Assembly (NCBI GenBank): GCA_002633005.1
Contig: NMRA01000194.1
Location: forward strand, 375,074 to 439,073
Source of the DNA: Phoronis australis
Taxonomy: Eukaryota; Animalia; Phoronida
Direction: 5' to 3'
Length of the DNA: 64,000 nucleotides
The translations under genes were made by a program, and so were the position numbers. A model generated the notes under the pieces. It was not told where the DNA came from. It did not search any database and was given only the letters and a program-made list of their open reading frames with translations. Positions 24,052-35,215 of this stretch are shown piece by piece (position 1 is the stretch's first letter; every line of letters starts with the position of its first letter).

Positions 24052-27000
24052 CTGTAAAAAAGAAGGTGCAAATTCCAAATCTTTAAGCCATCAAAGTCAA
24101 CATCAAAGCAATGCAACGTGCTGCCCACACGGGTAGTACAAACGGTAAAAAGGTGTCATTATTTTGTAATTCTTTCAAATCAACCAACACTTGGAAATAA
24201 TTGACAGACAAGGAACACTTTGTCGAAAGCTGAAATGACTAACAGGTGGCACTGCATTTAGTGAATCCACTAAAAATTGACTAGTTCACAAACACTGTAT
24301 GTTTCAACAAAATTTGTTGAGTCATTTTAACACTAATTTATGGCCAAGCAATATTGAGTTGAAAACTAAAATGCATCCAACCATCTGACCAGGCGTCAAA
24401 TCTCTTCAAAATAGGGCCTACATGCCTTTGGCTCATAAACGTGGTGAACTTCTCATGTCAACTTATGCAATTGAATCATAAGAAATAACACACCGTTAGT
24501 TTTTCTGAGGCACTGAAAATAAAGTACCAGCCAGAGTAGTCAGACAAAATGACCCATAATTCCCTGTCATGATGGCTGGGAGGAAGCTGAATTCATAGTC
24601 TTCCCTCATGACTGAGAATGAAGGGAAACGAGGATAGATAGTAAGGTGGCTAATGCCTTTGTGTAAATAGAAATTTGAAGTCCTAACAGTTATTACCAGT
24701 TGTTTTTGCTGTTCGTAGAATTAGTTGTAATGATGGGAAATGGTATTTGTCTGGTCGCTTTTCTGCTGTGCTGTACTTCTAACTTCAGCAATGAACAAGT
24801 TGAGATTCATTTATTATAGCAGAAAAACAGCTAATTCCAACGGCAGCGTTTCCGACATTGAAAATTGCCAAGAATGCCTTTGAAAGGATATTGAACACTA
24901 TTATCAGTAGTTTCATCCTTTCCATCACCAGATTTTGCACAATCAGTACCTTCTGAGAGATGAAAGGATAATTCAATTATTAAGACCCTTTCGCACTGAA
25001 ACACAAACAGGACCCTGCAATGAGAGGTTTATTCCCAAAGCCATTAACCCAACCACAGCATCCTTTGTAAGGAATTTTTCAACTTGTTTCACGCTCTTGA
25101 TTACTGGTTACAGAGCATCATTTTTGTGGTTTAAATGAAAACTTGTTTTTACAAAAGGAGGGTTGCTAGAGTTTTAATATCGTAGGAGTCCAGTCGCGGT
25201 TTATGGCTGTTGAGGTTTTACAGGACCATAGAACAATGCCCACTTTGGCTCTAACTTTCAGGGCTTGGAATGACCAATGACAAAAAATGCGGAAACTTTG
25301 AAACTTTTACGGCCCAAATCATGCCCGATAACCAGCCTTGGAAATGGTCAATGTGAACCTTTCCCCGACAAAAATCGGGAGGTCTAAAAAAATAAACGTT
25401 ACCACCATCAGTAGCATGCATCTGCATCCTTTTAGCTCGCCCGCCCACTCCCAACCCACACATTTTTTGGCTGCAGAGCGGTAGTATTTGTCGCCGCGCT
25501 TAACAATAACATGAGACGCCATTGAAAATCCCACCACGCTGTCCCAGATGCCCCGGCAATGCTGACAATTTACGTTCCTCCGAAACATAAAGAGCAACTT
25601 CCGCTTTTCGAGGTGAACGTCGTCTGCAACACCGCGGTAAGAAAGGAATTTGCCGCGGAAATTTTATATCAAATCTGATTTTTTTACGCGGAAATATTAT
25701 AAAAAAAGCGGTAAGCACATTTGAAAAAAGCGGAAATCCGCGTTTCCGCGGAAAATTCCAAGCCCTGAACTTTGGAACGTTGTATCTCAGAAATGGCAGA
25801 TTAGATTCACATGAACTTTCATACACCGTGCTTACTACACTGCTCCACAAAAAGGACTTTTGAACTTGCTTTTAAAATGTTCCACTTTTGCACCGGGTTA
25901 TCAAAAATAAGACTTTTATGATATTTAAGGAAAAAAGCAGAAGTGGCATAAAAGGCAAAGAAGCTTTTGAAAATGTTTTTAAAGTTTATCTTGAACATTT
26001 ACATCAAATTAAATTTGGTTAAGTTTGTTAATGATACCTTTGTTTTGCCATGAATGTAGTTTTTTTGCCAATTTTTATTAAAAAGACATGGTCCTGTGAC
26101 CTAATTAATGACAGATTGATATAAAGTTAAAAATTAAAGTCTAAAGGGTTTCAGTTTTACGAAAAATAAAGACTTTTTGCACACTTAATTGCTGTAGTTT
26201 TGTAGATATTTGGATAATTCACAAACTTGTTGCAGAGGTCTCACATAAAGTAATTCTTATTTCGCAGAAAAATAATCGATAAAAATGCCATTTTCTTGTT
26301 TTTCAAACATCGACACCATGGTGCACACAATGAGAACATTACCTCTACAGTGGAAACCAACAAGATAATAGATCAAATTTTTCTTAAACTATGCATTTTT
26401 GGAAAAATTTGACAAAATAAAATTGATCTTGTCCACCATATTCTGCGCTGAAAAGGTGAAGAGAGTACAACAGATTACCCTTAAGAACCATACTGCCAGC
26501 AATGAGCACAGTTATACCTTTCACTGCATCCTGGACCAGGCATGTACTTGTTTGCTGAGCTCGTGTTCAGCAAGTGATTTGTTGATTTCAAAACACACAA
26601 CCACTCAGGGTCCAGCTCCAGCCGCAAAGGTTGACTGGGGTCGTGGGCGATATCCAATATCTGAAAAAAATTTGAAAAACTGTATTCATTTCTGTGGACA
26701 TGTTCCTAGCCGAGCAGTCGGCTAGTGTAAATCAGATAAATAATTGTACAAAGCAAAAAACTGGATGTACAGCAGGCTACTTGTTGAATTTCTCATATAA
26801 CTTTCATGTATTCATAATAGATTCATAAAACTCATAGTCTATATATTTTTAAAATCCTTGAACACAGAATTTTATAATCTTCACACTTGCAATGCCCAAA
26901 TGTTTGCAATCGTGATTGCATTTTTTTCTCAAAAATCGTGATTATTCACAAATATTAATCATTTTTTCCACAAATGTGATTTTTTTCACAAAAATTGCAA

Positions 27001-30000
27001 ATTCTGTTTCTTCATACTTTTAGATTCAAAGAATGTCTGGGACTTTTGTTTAAGACCTTTTAGCCACAGACCTCGGCTGTCTAGAATCAAGACTTTCGTT
27101 TTTTCAAGAAATGTTGACATTCTCATATTTAACAAAGAATTCTTGGGCTAAAAGGCATTAAAACAAAATCCCACACATGCTGTTGTAGCATTACAATAAT
27201 GAAACAGAATTTGCAAGTTTTGTGTGAACAATTTATTGTTTGTGGAAATTATGGCAATTTCCATGAAAAATATAGATTTTCATAGAAAAAACACGATTAC
27301 GAACACCTGGCCATTGCTTTCAATGTGCACATAAGATTATTTGGTCACCAAGGATTATAAAAATGAAATATAGTCTTAAGGCCACTATTTTAGTTGAAAA
27401 GTTAGAACATTAAAACAGAACTTAATATGTCATTCCTGGTAATCAGCATAGCCAATGACCTTAACGGCGAAGGCAACCTTTTCCCATGTCATTTTGAGCT
27501 AAAATAAGGTTGGTTGGTTATCCTAGACATATTTTCCACTTAATTACAGCTTTTCGTAATTTTATTAATTACTCGTCCGCTACTCCGGAAGTGACATTTT
27601 AGGAGGCAAGCATTTCGCGCCAATTTCTTTTCATATAGTCTGACTGTGAGAGCTGCCGAGTCAGTCATTGTTCTACCTCGGTTGTGTTAAGTTACGTCGT
27701 CGTTTGCTTTCATTTACTAGTGAGTCAACATGCCACACTGTTGCTGCGTACCAGGATGTACTAATTATCGGATCACGCGCGCTTTGGGAGTACCTTTGCA
27801 TCGCTTTCCGATGGATGACACACTTCGCCGTACTTGGCTCGTTCGTGTGAAGAACGCAGCGTTACCCGTCCACGCAACGTACAAAGCAGTGGAGAATTAC
27901 CGTGTGTGTGGCAAGCACTTTCTGCCGTCCGATTACGAAAGGGATTTGTACGCTGAACTGATGAAGGTCCCCGCGAAACAACGCTTGAAGAAGGATGCCA
28001 TTCCGTCTGTGTTGATTCCCGGCAGTGCCCCGTCGCCACCCCCGAGAAGTGCGTTTTTGAAGCGAGAAGCCTCGCGAGCTGTGGCCAGTACAGTGACTGG
28101 AGCCAGTGGAGGCACTTCATCTACTGTCACCCGTGCCTCCGAACGTACCCCAGAGCGTGCAATTCCTGGAACCAGTAGTGATTCGCCCTGTGCTGTTTTC
28201 TCCAGCCCAGAGCCTCTAAGCAGCCCTGCAGCGATATTGAGTAGTGGGAGTGATTACAGGCTCAGTTCGACACCCAGTGAAGAGGACAGTTCGTCGTCCA
28301 GTGAACAGATCGGTGAGCCAAACTTTGATAAGTTTATTGTGGACTTGTCTAAAGTGTTGGAGCTATTTAGAAGGTGCCAGGTGTGTGGCGAGGGAGTCAC
28401 ACGACACGATGTAAGCAGTTTGGGTGCTCAGGTCACCATCCAGTGGGAATGTGTCGCGGGACACTCTGGCAAGTGGGACAGTTGTTCCTCTGTCCGTGGT
28501 ATGCCGGAGGTCCACTTAACCATGTCCAGTAGTGGCTTGGCCTCGTCGAACTCTGAACAGCACAAGCATTCCATTGACGTAGGCATAACAACGCACACAG
28601 TGCATTTGCACCAAGATGTGTCACCACGTCTGTCCTCAGTAGCCGCCTCGTTTCTCTCAACAGCTGCCTGTGCCTGTGCGTACTCTGCCTCGTTATACTC
28701 GGGCTCAAACATGTACCCACCCACTGAACGTCCGTGAAAAAATTCCTCGTCACCACTGCTGTGAACAAGGTCTCTGTTGATGTGCTAGCAGTGAAAGGCA
28801 TTCTGTTCGGTTAGGAACGTTGAATGCGCGACGCAGTGCGAGAACGCGGTCCAAGGATAATACTAGTCTGAAGGAGGATAATAGTTTTATTACATACTCT
28901 TCTACTGATACTACTGAGTCTGTTACAATCCATGCGATCTTACACTTATATAGTGACATACATGAATCATAACAGGATATACTAAAAAACGTGTTTACTA
29001 CAATTCCTCATGTTGGGGGTGTATTACGTAACACTTAATTCTCTGAACTACTCCTACACATGCACTCAGTCGGATATGAGATCATACTCTAACAGTCTCT
29101 GTCACTCACACTACTGTCACTGTGATACGGGTCACTGACTCCAGCCATTTTCAGCTTACAACACACTAAACAATCCCTAAATCCAACGTAGTTGAGTTCT
29201 CTACTAACCTATCTTGCCGCAGAATACTCGCCGATGGAAAGTGGTGGCAACAATTGTTGAAAAACAACACAAAACAAAAGTAGAATAGAACAGATTCGCA
29301 GGGTAAAGTCAACGCAAAACCAAGTGGCGGGAAACGCTTGCCTCCTAAAACGTCACTTCCGGAGTAGCGAACGAGTAATTTATAAAATTACGAAAAGCTG
29401 TAATTAAGTGGAAAATATGTCTAGGATAACCAACCAACCTTATTTTAGCTCAAAATGACATGGAAAAAGGTTGCCTTCGCCTTTAAGCAAAATTTTGAAG
29501 GTGCAGGCCCTAAGTACTACTACTGTACTACAATTGGAATGATCAACTGTCGACCAATTACGAGACTTCAAGACTGGTTTTAACTTTCCGGCATGGTTAA
29601 AAAGTTAGCATATTATAACTGAACTCGAAATCGCCAGCTTTCGTTTTACGAAAACATTTCTAAACAACATCCATTAAGACAAACTGGTTTCCGAGAACAA
29701 CACTTTCCACCTTTTGTGTGACTCAACACGACAACTGTTAGTCCATTACCTGTAGGAACTTACGGCGTGGCAGACACTTATCAAGAGCTAGGAACCTGGT
29801 CACTTTGTCTTCACCAGCATCTTCACTAGACTGGGACAAAGTAAATGATATCCTTAAGAATTATGGGCATTGCAAACAGTCATATTAACAGTCACTGTAC
29901 AGTGAATTCTCGCCGCACTGGGACACAGCACGGCAGACACCTGAAACTTTTGTTTTCTCATTTCTCATTAACAGTACGAAGCAGCAAACTAATTATTTTC

Positions 30001-33000
30001 TATGTTCAGGTTCTGTATCATAGCCACATTCAGACAATATTTTGGAAAACTCATCATTTACAAACTCTGTTACAAGACCTTGGAAAATGAAAAGGGGAGA
30101 ATTTTAGCAATTATTTTTGTCCAAAATTGGTGAGATTTTATTCTTATGATAATAGTTTGTTATAACATGGAGACTCATGAAGAAATTGTTAGGAGTGTGC
30201 TCAACTACTCTTGCTAAGAACCAAACAAAGACGTTATTGTACTTTAAATGTCTCTAAGCCAACCGTCACAAATGTGGCCATTTGGTACGAACATTCGAAC
30301 ATGCCAGAATTCCTTTTTCATTGAGACACTTAGGCTGGTGCCTACTCAATACATCTACATACAAGCAGAGAATGGATTCATGTTTAATGGCATGTCACAA
30401 TTTGTCACACCATAAAACTTTCAAAATGTTGTTTTTGGCATGACTATAAGTCGCATCAACTTTGCCTTAGTCACATATGCGACACAAAATATTCGTCAAT
30501 GATGATGAATTCCGTAATTTTACAAGTTCTAACAACGTGGCTTACATTTATCACAGAATTCTCAAAATGTCACGGACTTTCAGGAAAGCAGGTTTTGTCA
30601 CATTATGTCACCATGTCAAAAGAGAATCCATTCTCTGACAAGGGTGTATGAGCTACACAACACGGTCAAGCATATGGGACAAAAGAACATTTCCCCGTCA
30701 TGGTTAGCGAAGTCACAACAGGTCAACCCAGAAACACTGACGAGCAATTTCGGGTCATTCTGTGCGAATACAAATTTTACTTCTTGAAAATTGCACAAAT
30801 GGCAGGAAGTTTAAGATTCTGTGAAATTGATTATGAACAGAAAACAGTTCATTCTTCGTCTACCTTGTGCTGAATCATGGCTGCAAATTTGACATGAAGA
30901 TGTGCCGAGAACCAATAGGAGGGCTTCAGTTTGTACAACAGTTCCTCAGCAGGGGGGCTGCCCAGCTTATCTGTCTCAATTTCATCCTTGAAGTGTTTCT
31001 TGGTCTTCACCAGTCGGTTGGTGTTGCCATAGTGATAGACACCTCTCGGCCAATCATGCGACAGCATGATGTCGATGGGCCTGGAAATCTACAAACAAAT
31101 TACTCATTTTATAACGTAATTTATCAGGACAGCATACACGGTCACAATCTTTCAAAATAGCTGTCTAATAGTCAAGCTGTTGTGTAAGTCTTAATTCACT
31201 GTGAAGCTACACAAATAAAGAAAGTCCCTTACATGGTTAATTTTGACATTGTTAGCCTTTTCATCAACATTCTGTCTATTGAAACTATTGAGAAGTGGGT
31301 AATGGTCGGATAACACGCCCGAATTTTGAGAACCAGTTTTCTCCACTGGTTCTCAAAATACTGGCACATTGTATAAGACTTGCCGAGGAGTGCTTCGATC
31401 AGTTCTTAAGAAGACGGATAAACAATTAAGCAAAGTTTTTGCTTTTGCGATAAGATTCAACCATTTTGTTTTACAACCTAGTTGACGGTGTTGCTATGAG
31501 TGACATCTAACCAAATGAATACAAATTATTGTTAACAAAACTAAATCATTCCTGGAGGTTTTGGCAATACAATTTCATGCAATCAAGACCTAAAGAAGTT
31601 TGAATTTGCAGTTCTTCAATGAGCGCAAAAGAAGAAAAAGGTAGTTCAATGTGCCAAATTTCTGTTTGACAATCCATTTCTCTGTATGCCCAATAACCAT
31701 GCAGATAATACTCCATACCTTGAACAGTAGTAACATAAGAACACAATATCATTTTTATATTCTGGATATTATTTCAGTGTACCGCGATAACTTAATCTCT
31801 AAACAACGAAATACTGTCCAATAGTTTGAAACATTAATAAACATCAGACCTCCAGTGCTGAAGGTGACATGATCACAATATTTTAATAAAATAATCTTCC
31901 ACATAGCAGCATTTATTACCTGTTTTAACCTGAACACCTCCAAGATTCGGACATGATAGACCGATCTTTTGGTGTCCTCATTGTAGGGCGCCTTCTCAAA
32001 GTGACCCTTATAGTAGTCACGCCCCTTGTATATACCCGATAGCCCCGCAATTCGCAGACCTCCAAACTGTACCACGTTACCATAACCTACATAAAAGTAT
32101 GCAAAATTTCAGTTCTTTATAAAAACTACCCTTAAGCCAAACAAAATAACATAATTGGTTCTGGTATGCACCTGACTCATTTTGAAACCTGCACCTCACT
32201 GTTTAAGGAACAAAACAATCACCCAGATCACATTGGTGAAATTCTTTTTCTTTTTATCAAACACCCACATGAATGTACCTCAGCTAGCTTTTGAACAAAT
32301 TGTTTTGGCACCTCATCAACAATCTCTTCTTTCATTATCATTACTGTTTAAGAAAAGGGAACAGGTTTTCAAAAGCTTATTTCTGCAGTACTGACTTCAA
32401 TGTGCTTTTTGTTTGAATTCCCAGTAAATTACTATGTTTGATGGTCACACGACTCTCAAGGTGTCCGTGGGTTTAAGAAAATATGATTAGTAATTTACAA
32501 GAGACCGTTTGCCCAAAGAAATGTTATGAGCACACATGAAAGACAGAAATTAATTGGCCTTATGGTCCCACTTTATAATTGCTGAAAAAGGGTTTAGCCA
32601 AGTTATTATGAGCGCGTTAGTTATTACGAGCGCGTTAGTTATTACGAGCGCGTTAGTTATTACGAGCGCGTTAGAGAGCAGAAATTTTCACAGTAACTAG
32701 CAGATATTTACATATTCTCAGTACTTGCATTTTGCTTAAGAGAGATTTAATTAATATTTTTCAGAAATAGTTTTTTGGAGCATAAGACCAAATTTCTGAC
32801 TTAAGTCTTAAGTCAGTTTTTATGAAACAGACCCAAGGTGAATTGTATCCTGGTTAAGACAAAAATTTCAGGCATTTAAACCAGAAGAAAAATTCTGCTT
32901 GAAACACTTGGCAGAATGACGTGAGCCTTTATGATTGAAAACAGAAGACAAATACAATCACTTATAGATTGAAATGATGCAGGTGGAGTGTGCCTACCCA

Positions 33001-34416
33001 AGTAATAAATATTGGGCGCTACCCATCCGCCATAAGACAGCTCCTGAAGGTAGCTTGACGCCTCGTGGTTACCACCAATGAACACAGTCAAAACAGGAGC
33101 TTTTTTCTCTCCAGAGTAATATCTGAAAAGGGCAAACAGGTAAATAAACTCACACTATAAACCCTGCTCTAGGCCAGGAGTGTAATCTTTGCACACGAAA
33201 CTCTACTCGCAAATTGACCAATTGCATGGCACGCTTAGAGTGAACTTGACCTCAAAAGATGTGACGTGATTAAGGTTCGAGTCTCATTCTGAGTTCCCAG
33301 ATTAGAACATAAGGTCACAAAGCAACATTCTTGGCTGACATATTTACCCTTCCAAGGTATTTTCATGGCACTCATGTTGTTTGCTTGAATTGAAATAAGT
33401 TATACATGCAAAAAATGTGTGATATTCCACTGACGGTCATACTGTTTAGGCAAGTAAAACTAATTGCTGTGAAAAACAACTTAATACCAGTTATTCACAA
33501 ACCTAGACATTGTTTCTCATCTGAGTAATGAAAAAATGAGACTAATTTTATAATGCTACGGGCCCTAAATCAAAAGGTTTTTTGAAAGAAGGACAGGGCT
33601 TGGAATGACCAATGACAAAAAAGAGGAAAATTTTCCAAGTGATGTATCACTCCACAAAAAAATAGCCCTGTACTATAGAAATATTTTTGTGTTGTAAAAT
33701 TCAAGTGAAATAAACGTTTGCCCGCATCAATTTCATCCAAGGTTTGGTGCTTTTTGGGAAAGTTTTTTTGGTAAACATGATTTGAAACATTACGATTTGC
33801 CAAGCGATGAGAAGAATACCAAAGCATTTTTGCCAATCTCAGATGGATTTTCTTTTCAGAAAAAGTGAGCAGCAAACTAAAAATACCATACAGAGACAAG
33901 AACCAAGTATACAATGCTTTTTTGGTCTTACATAGCACAGATCCTCTGATGTAACATCATGGTAGAGAATAACGACTTCTTTAACACCAAAGAGTACTAT
34001 ATGGTCATATTGCTTATGACTAGAAAACAGTATTTGTCTAAATACGAAAAAAATGTAAACTCTTTTATGCATTTTCATCAATTAAAACAAGAGCATAGCA
34101 AAAATTGAGCTTCTGGTTTGGTAAAACTTTCTTAAAATCTCACAAATGCCCTCCAGCAGCTCTGAAGTGACTGAATGTCGTGTGAATGCATTAATAGACC
34201 ACACTATTCACCAACGTACTTATAAAACGTTTGCATTTTATGGTACTTTGACGGAGTAGCCATGCATATCAAGTCGGCTTTGTTGCGGACAGCTTGGAAG
34301 TCACCACAGCACAACAGGAGGTCCACCTTCAGCTTGTCGCGTTCCTCAATGAACGTGATCGTCTCATAGATCTTGTCCAGTTCACCATGTCCGCATCCCT
34401 CCACAGCAATCTTCAT
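23262..34416 (-). CDS. DBR1: Lariat debranching enzyme (metallophosphoesterase), complete CDS of 575 aa
   Basis: Seven GT-AG exons: 34416-34220, 33122-32998, 32086-31920, 31088-30864, 29830-29750, 26660-26518, 24051-23262; total 1728 nt in frame. Motifs: GCGHG, CGDFQ, GGNHE, lariat-recognition loop GHFEKAPY...[27 protein letters not shown], acidic tail ending KKFKRRN. Confidence 0.97.
24525..24775 (+). mobile_element. Second copy of the approximately 260-bp MITE
   Basis: Collinear similarity to 2209-2472. Confidence 0.65.
25259..25767 (-). mobile_element. hAT-like MITE with 6-bp TSD (copy 2), nested in an older repeat
   Basis: Same TIRs; flanking aacttt (25253-25258, 25768-25773); reverse-complement similarity to 1363-1882 along its length; a lone terminus also occurs at 33594-33640. 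Confidence 0.85.
26518..26660 (-). CDS. DBR1: DBR1 coding exon 6 ([27 protein letters not shown]...)
   Basis: tttttttcag acceptor, ag|gtataa donor; DPEWL motif of the DBR1 C-terminal domain. Confidence 0.92.
27730..28737 (+). CDS. THAP-domain truncated Kolobok transposase (chimeric ORF, 335 aa)
   Basis: THAP signature CCVPGC...HRFP...W...VCGKHF...LKKDAIPSV, then a zinc-ribbon-like LFRRCQVCG...[11 protein letters not shown]. After about 28520 the ORF reads through the antisense strand of KolX. Confidence 0.8.
   Translation: MPHCCCVPGCTNYRITRALGVPLHRFPMDDTLRRTWLVRVKNAALPVHATYKAVENYRVCGKHFLPSDYERDLYAELMKVPAKQRLKKDAIPSVLIPGSAPSPPPRSAFLKREASRAVASTVTGASGGTSSTVTRASERTPERAIPGTSSDSPCAVFSSPEPLSSPAAILSSGSDYRLSSTPSEEDSSSSSEQIGEPNFDKFIVDLSKVLELFRRCQVCGEGVTRHDVSSLGAQVTIQWECVAGHSGKWDSCSSVRGMPEVHLTMSSSGLASSNSEQHKHSIDVGITTHTVHLHQDVSPRLSSVAASFLSTAACACAYSASLYSGSNMYPPTERP
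28428..28784 (-). CDS. Truncated KolX / P2X7-ballast-like Cys-rich protein
   Basis: YMFEPEY...[21 protein letters not shown] motif; reading frame open back to a candidate acceptor (CTAAC branch point at 28814-28810, ...ctttcactgctag|28784); homology apparently ends near 28520. Confidence 0.7.
   Translation of the reverse strand, partial: HINRDLVHSSGDEEFFHGRSVGGYMFEPEYNEAEYAQAQAAVERNEAATEDRRGDTSWCKCTVCVVMPTSMECLCCSEFDEAKPLLDMVKWTSGIPRTEEQLSHLPECPATHSHWMVT
29750..29830 (-). CDS. DBR1: DBR1 coding exon 5 ([27 protein letters not shown])
   Basis: gtcccag acceptor, cag|gtaatg donor; FLALDKCLP motif; absent from the ORF track. Confidence 0.92.
30864..31088 (-). CDS. DBR1: DBR1 coding exon 4 (DIMLSHDWP...[10 protein letters not shown])
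   Basis: ttgtag acceptor, aag|gtagac donor. Confidence 0.94.
31231..31502 (+). pseudogene. Penelope-like reverse transcriptase remnant
   Basis: Degenerate peptides [13 protein letters not shown]...ETIE and VDGVAMS resemble the Penelope RT motifs SFDV.SLFT.VP and DG.AMGSP; interrupted by a small hairpin at 31323-31359. Confidence 0.55.
31920..32086 (-). CDS. DBR1: DBR1 coding exon 3 (lariat recognition loop)
   Basis: atgtag acceptor, cag|gtaata donor; RIAGLSGIY...GHFE motif. Confidence 0.95.
32601..32674. repeat. Minisatellite, 18 bp x4
   Basis: agttattacgagcgcgtt repeated four times. Confidence 0.95.
32998..33122 (-). CDS. DBR1: DBR1 coding exon 2 ([22 protein letters not shown]...)
   Basis: ttttcag acceptor, g|gtaggc donor; GNHE motif. 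Confidence 0.95.
34220..34416 (-). CDS. DBR1: DBR1 first coding exon ([11 protein letters not shown]...CGDFQAVRN...)
   Basis: ATG at 34416; aa|gtacgt donor. An acceptor (tttcttgtag) 6 nt upstream of the ATG implies an upstream non-coding exon. Confidence 0.95.
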
Positions 34417-34998
34417 TGTCAGCTACAAGAAATAAAAAGCTTTTAAAGTGTGATCAAATAACAACACAAGGACAACAATGTCTATGGTAATATTCTTGAC
34501 CTATTTAGAACACAGCATGACAGACAAGTGAAATTTCATGTTTTAAGATTTTTCAACTAAAATAAAGATATGGTAGTAAAATGTTACTGCGTTATTAGCT
34601 TCCTAAATGTAATGTAAATGTCAGATTTATACTTGGCAAAGTTTCCATTATTCTTAGCAAGATAATAAACCTATCAAAACAGAACAATGAGTAATTTTCC
34701 AATTACTGTTAGTAATGCAAAAGAAGATTTTCGGTATATCAACTGCTGCAAACGGCCAAAAGAGATGGAAACGTGTCAAAAATTTGTATTTTCCTTAAAA
34801 GTACCTCTTCCATTTTTAACAAAATGCACCGATTTCAAAGCAAAATTTCTGAAGTCAGACTAGAACCCATTGTTTCCACAACAGCGTCCACTCAGCATCA
34901 ATCATTCACAGCACTGATCCCTCCATTACTTTTGGTAACTGGAGATATTGCATAATAAACATCGTACAACAAGGCCTTTCATGCCAGTTTATAGACTA

Positions 34999-35215
34999 TG
35001 GAGGAGACAGTGTGGCTTAGAGGTAACCGTTTGAGCTCCGGACTCTCGTTTGGGAGACCTGGCTTCGAATCCTGGCTTTACTGGCTTACAATTGAGCATT
35101 GCACAAAGGGGTCTCCTACTCCTTTGAGCTCCGTTTTACGAGTGAATGTGTGCGAGAGAGTGATTGAGAACCTAGATATAATGTGAGAGCGATTTCCAGG
35201 GTTGTGCTCATATTT
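34999..35215 (+). mobile_element. tRNA-derived SINE
   Basis: A-box TGGCTTAGAGG, B-box GGCTTCGAATCC; head (ggag..cagtgtggc.tag) resembles that at 21671. Confidence 0.55.

Larger units (their letters stand above)
27465..29482 (+). mobile_element. Internally deleted Kolobok-type DNA transposon in DBR1 intron 5
   Basis: TTAA at 27461-27464 and 29483-29486; about 158-bp TIRs (27465-27622 and 29325-29482, 7 mismatches by eye); THAP-domain ORF on + and convergent Cys-rich KolX-like ORF on -; no DDE domain visible. Confidence 0.88.

Noticed and set aside
27465-29482. P-element or piggyBac classification, or a domesticated host THAP gene
   Set aside because: P elements make 8-bp TSDs, and piggyBac has CCY termini and no THAP domain. 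TTAA plus THAP plus a convergent Cys-rich ORF fits Kolobok, and intact TIRs argue against old domestication.
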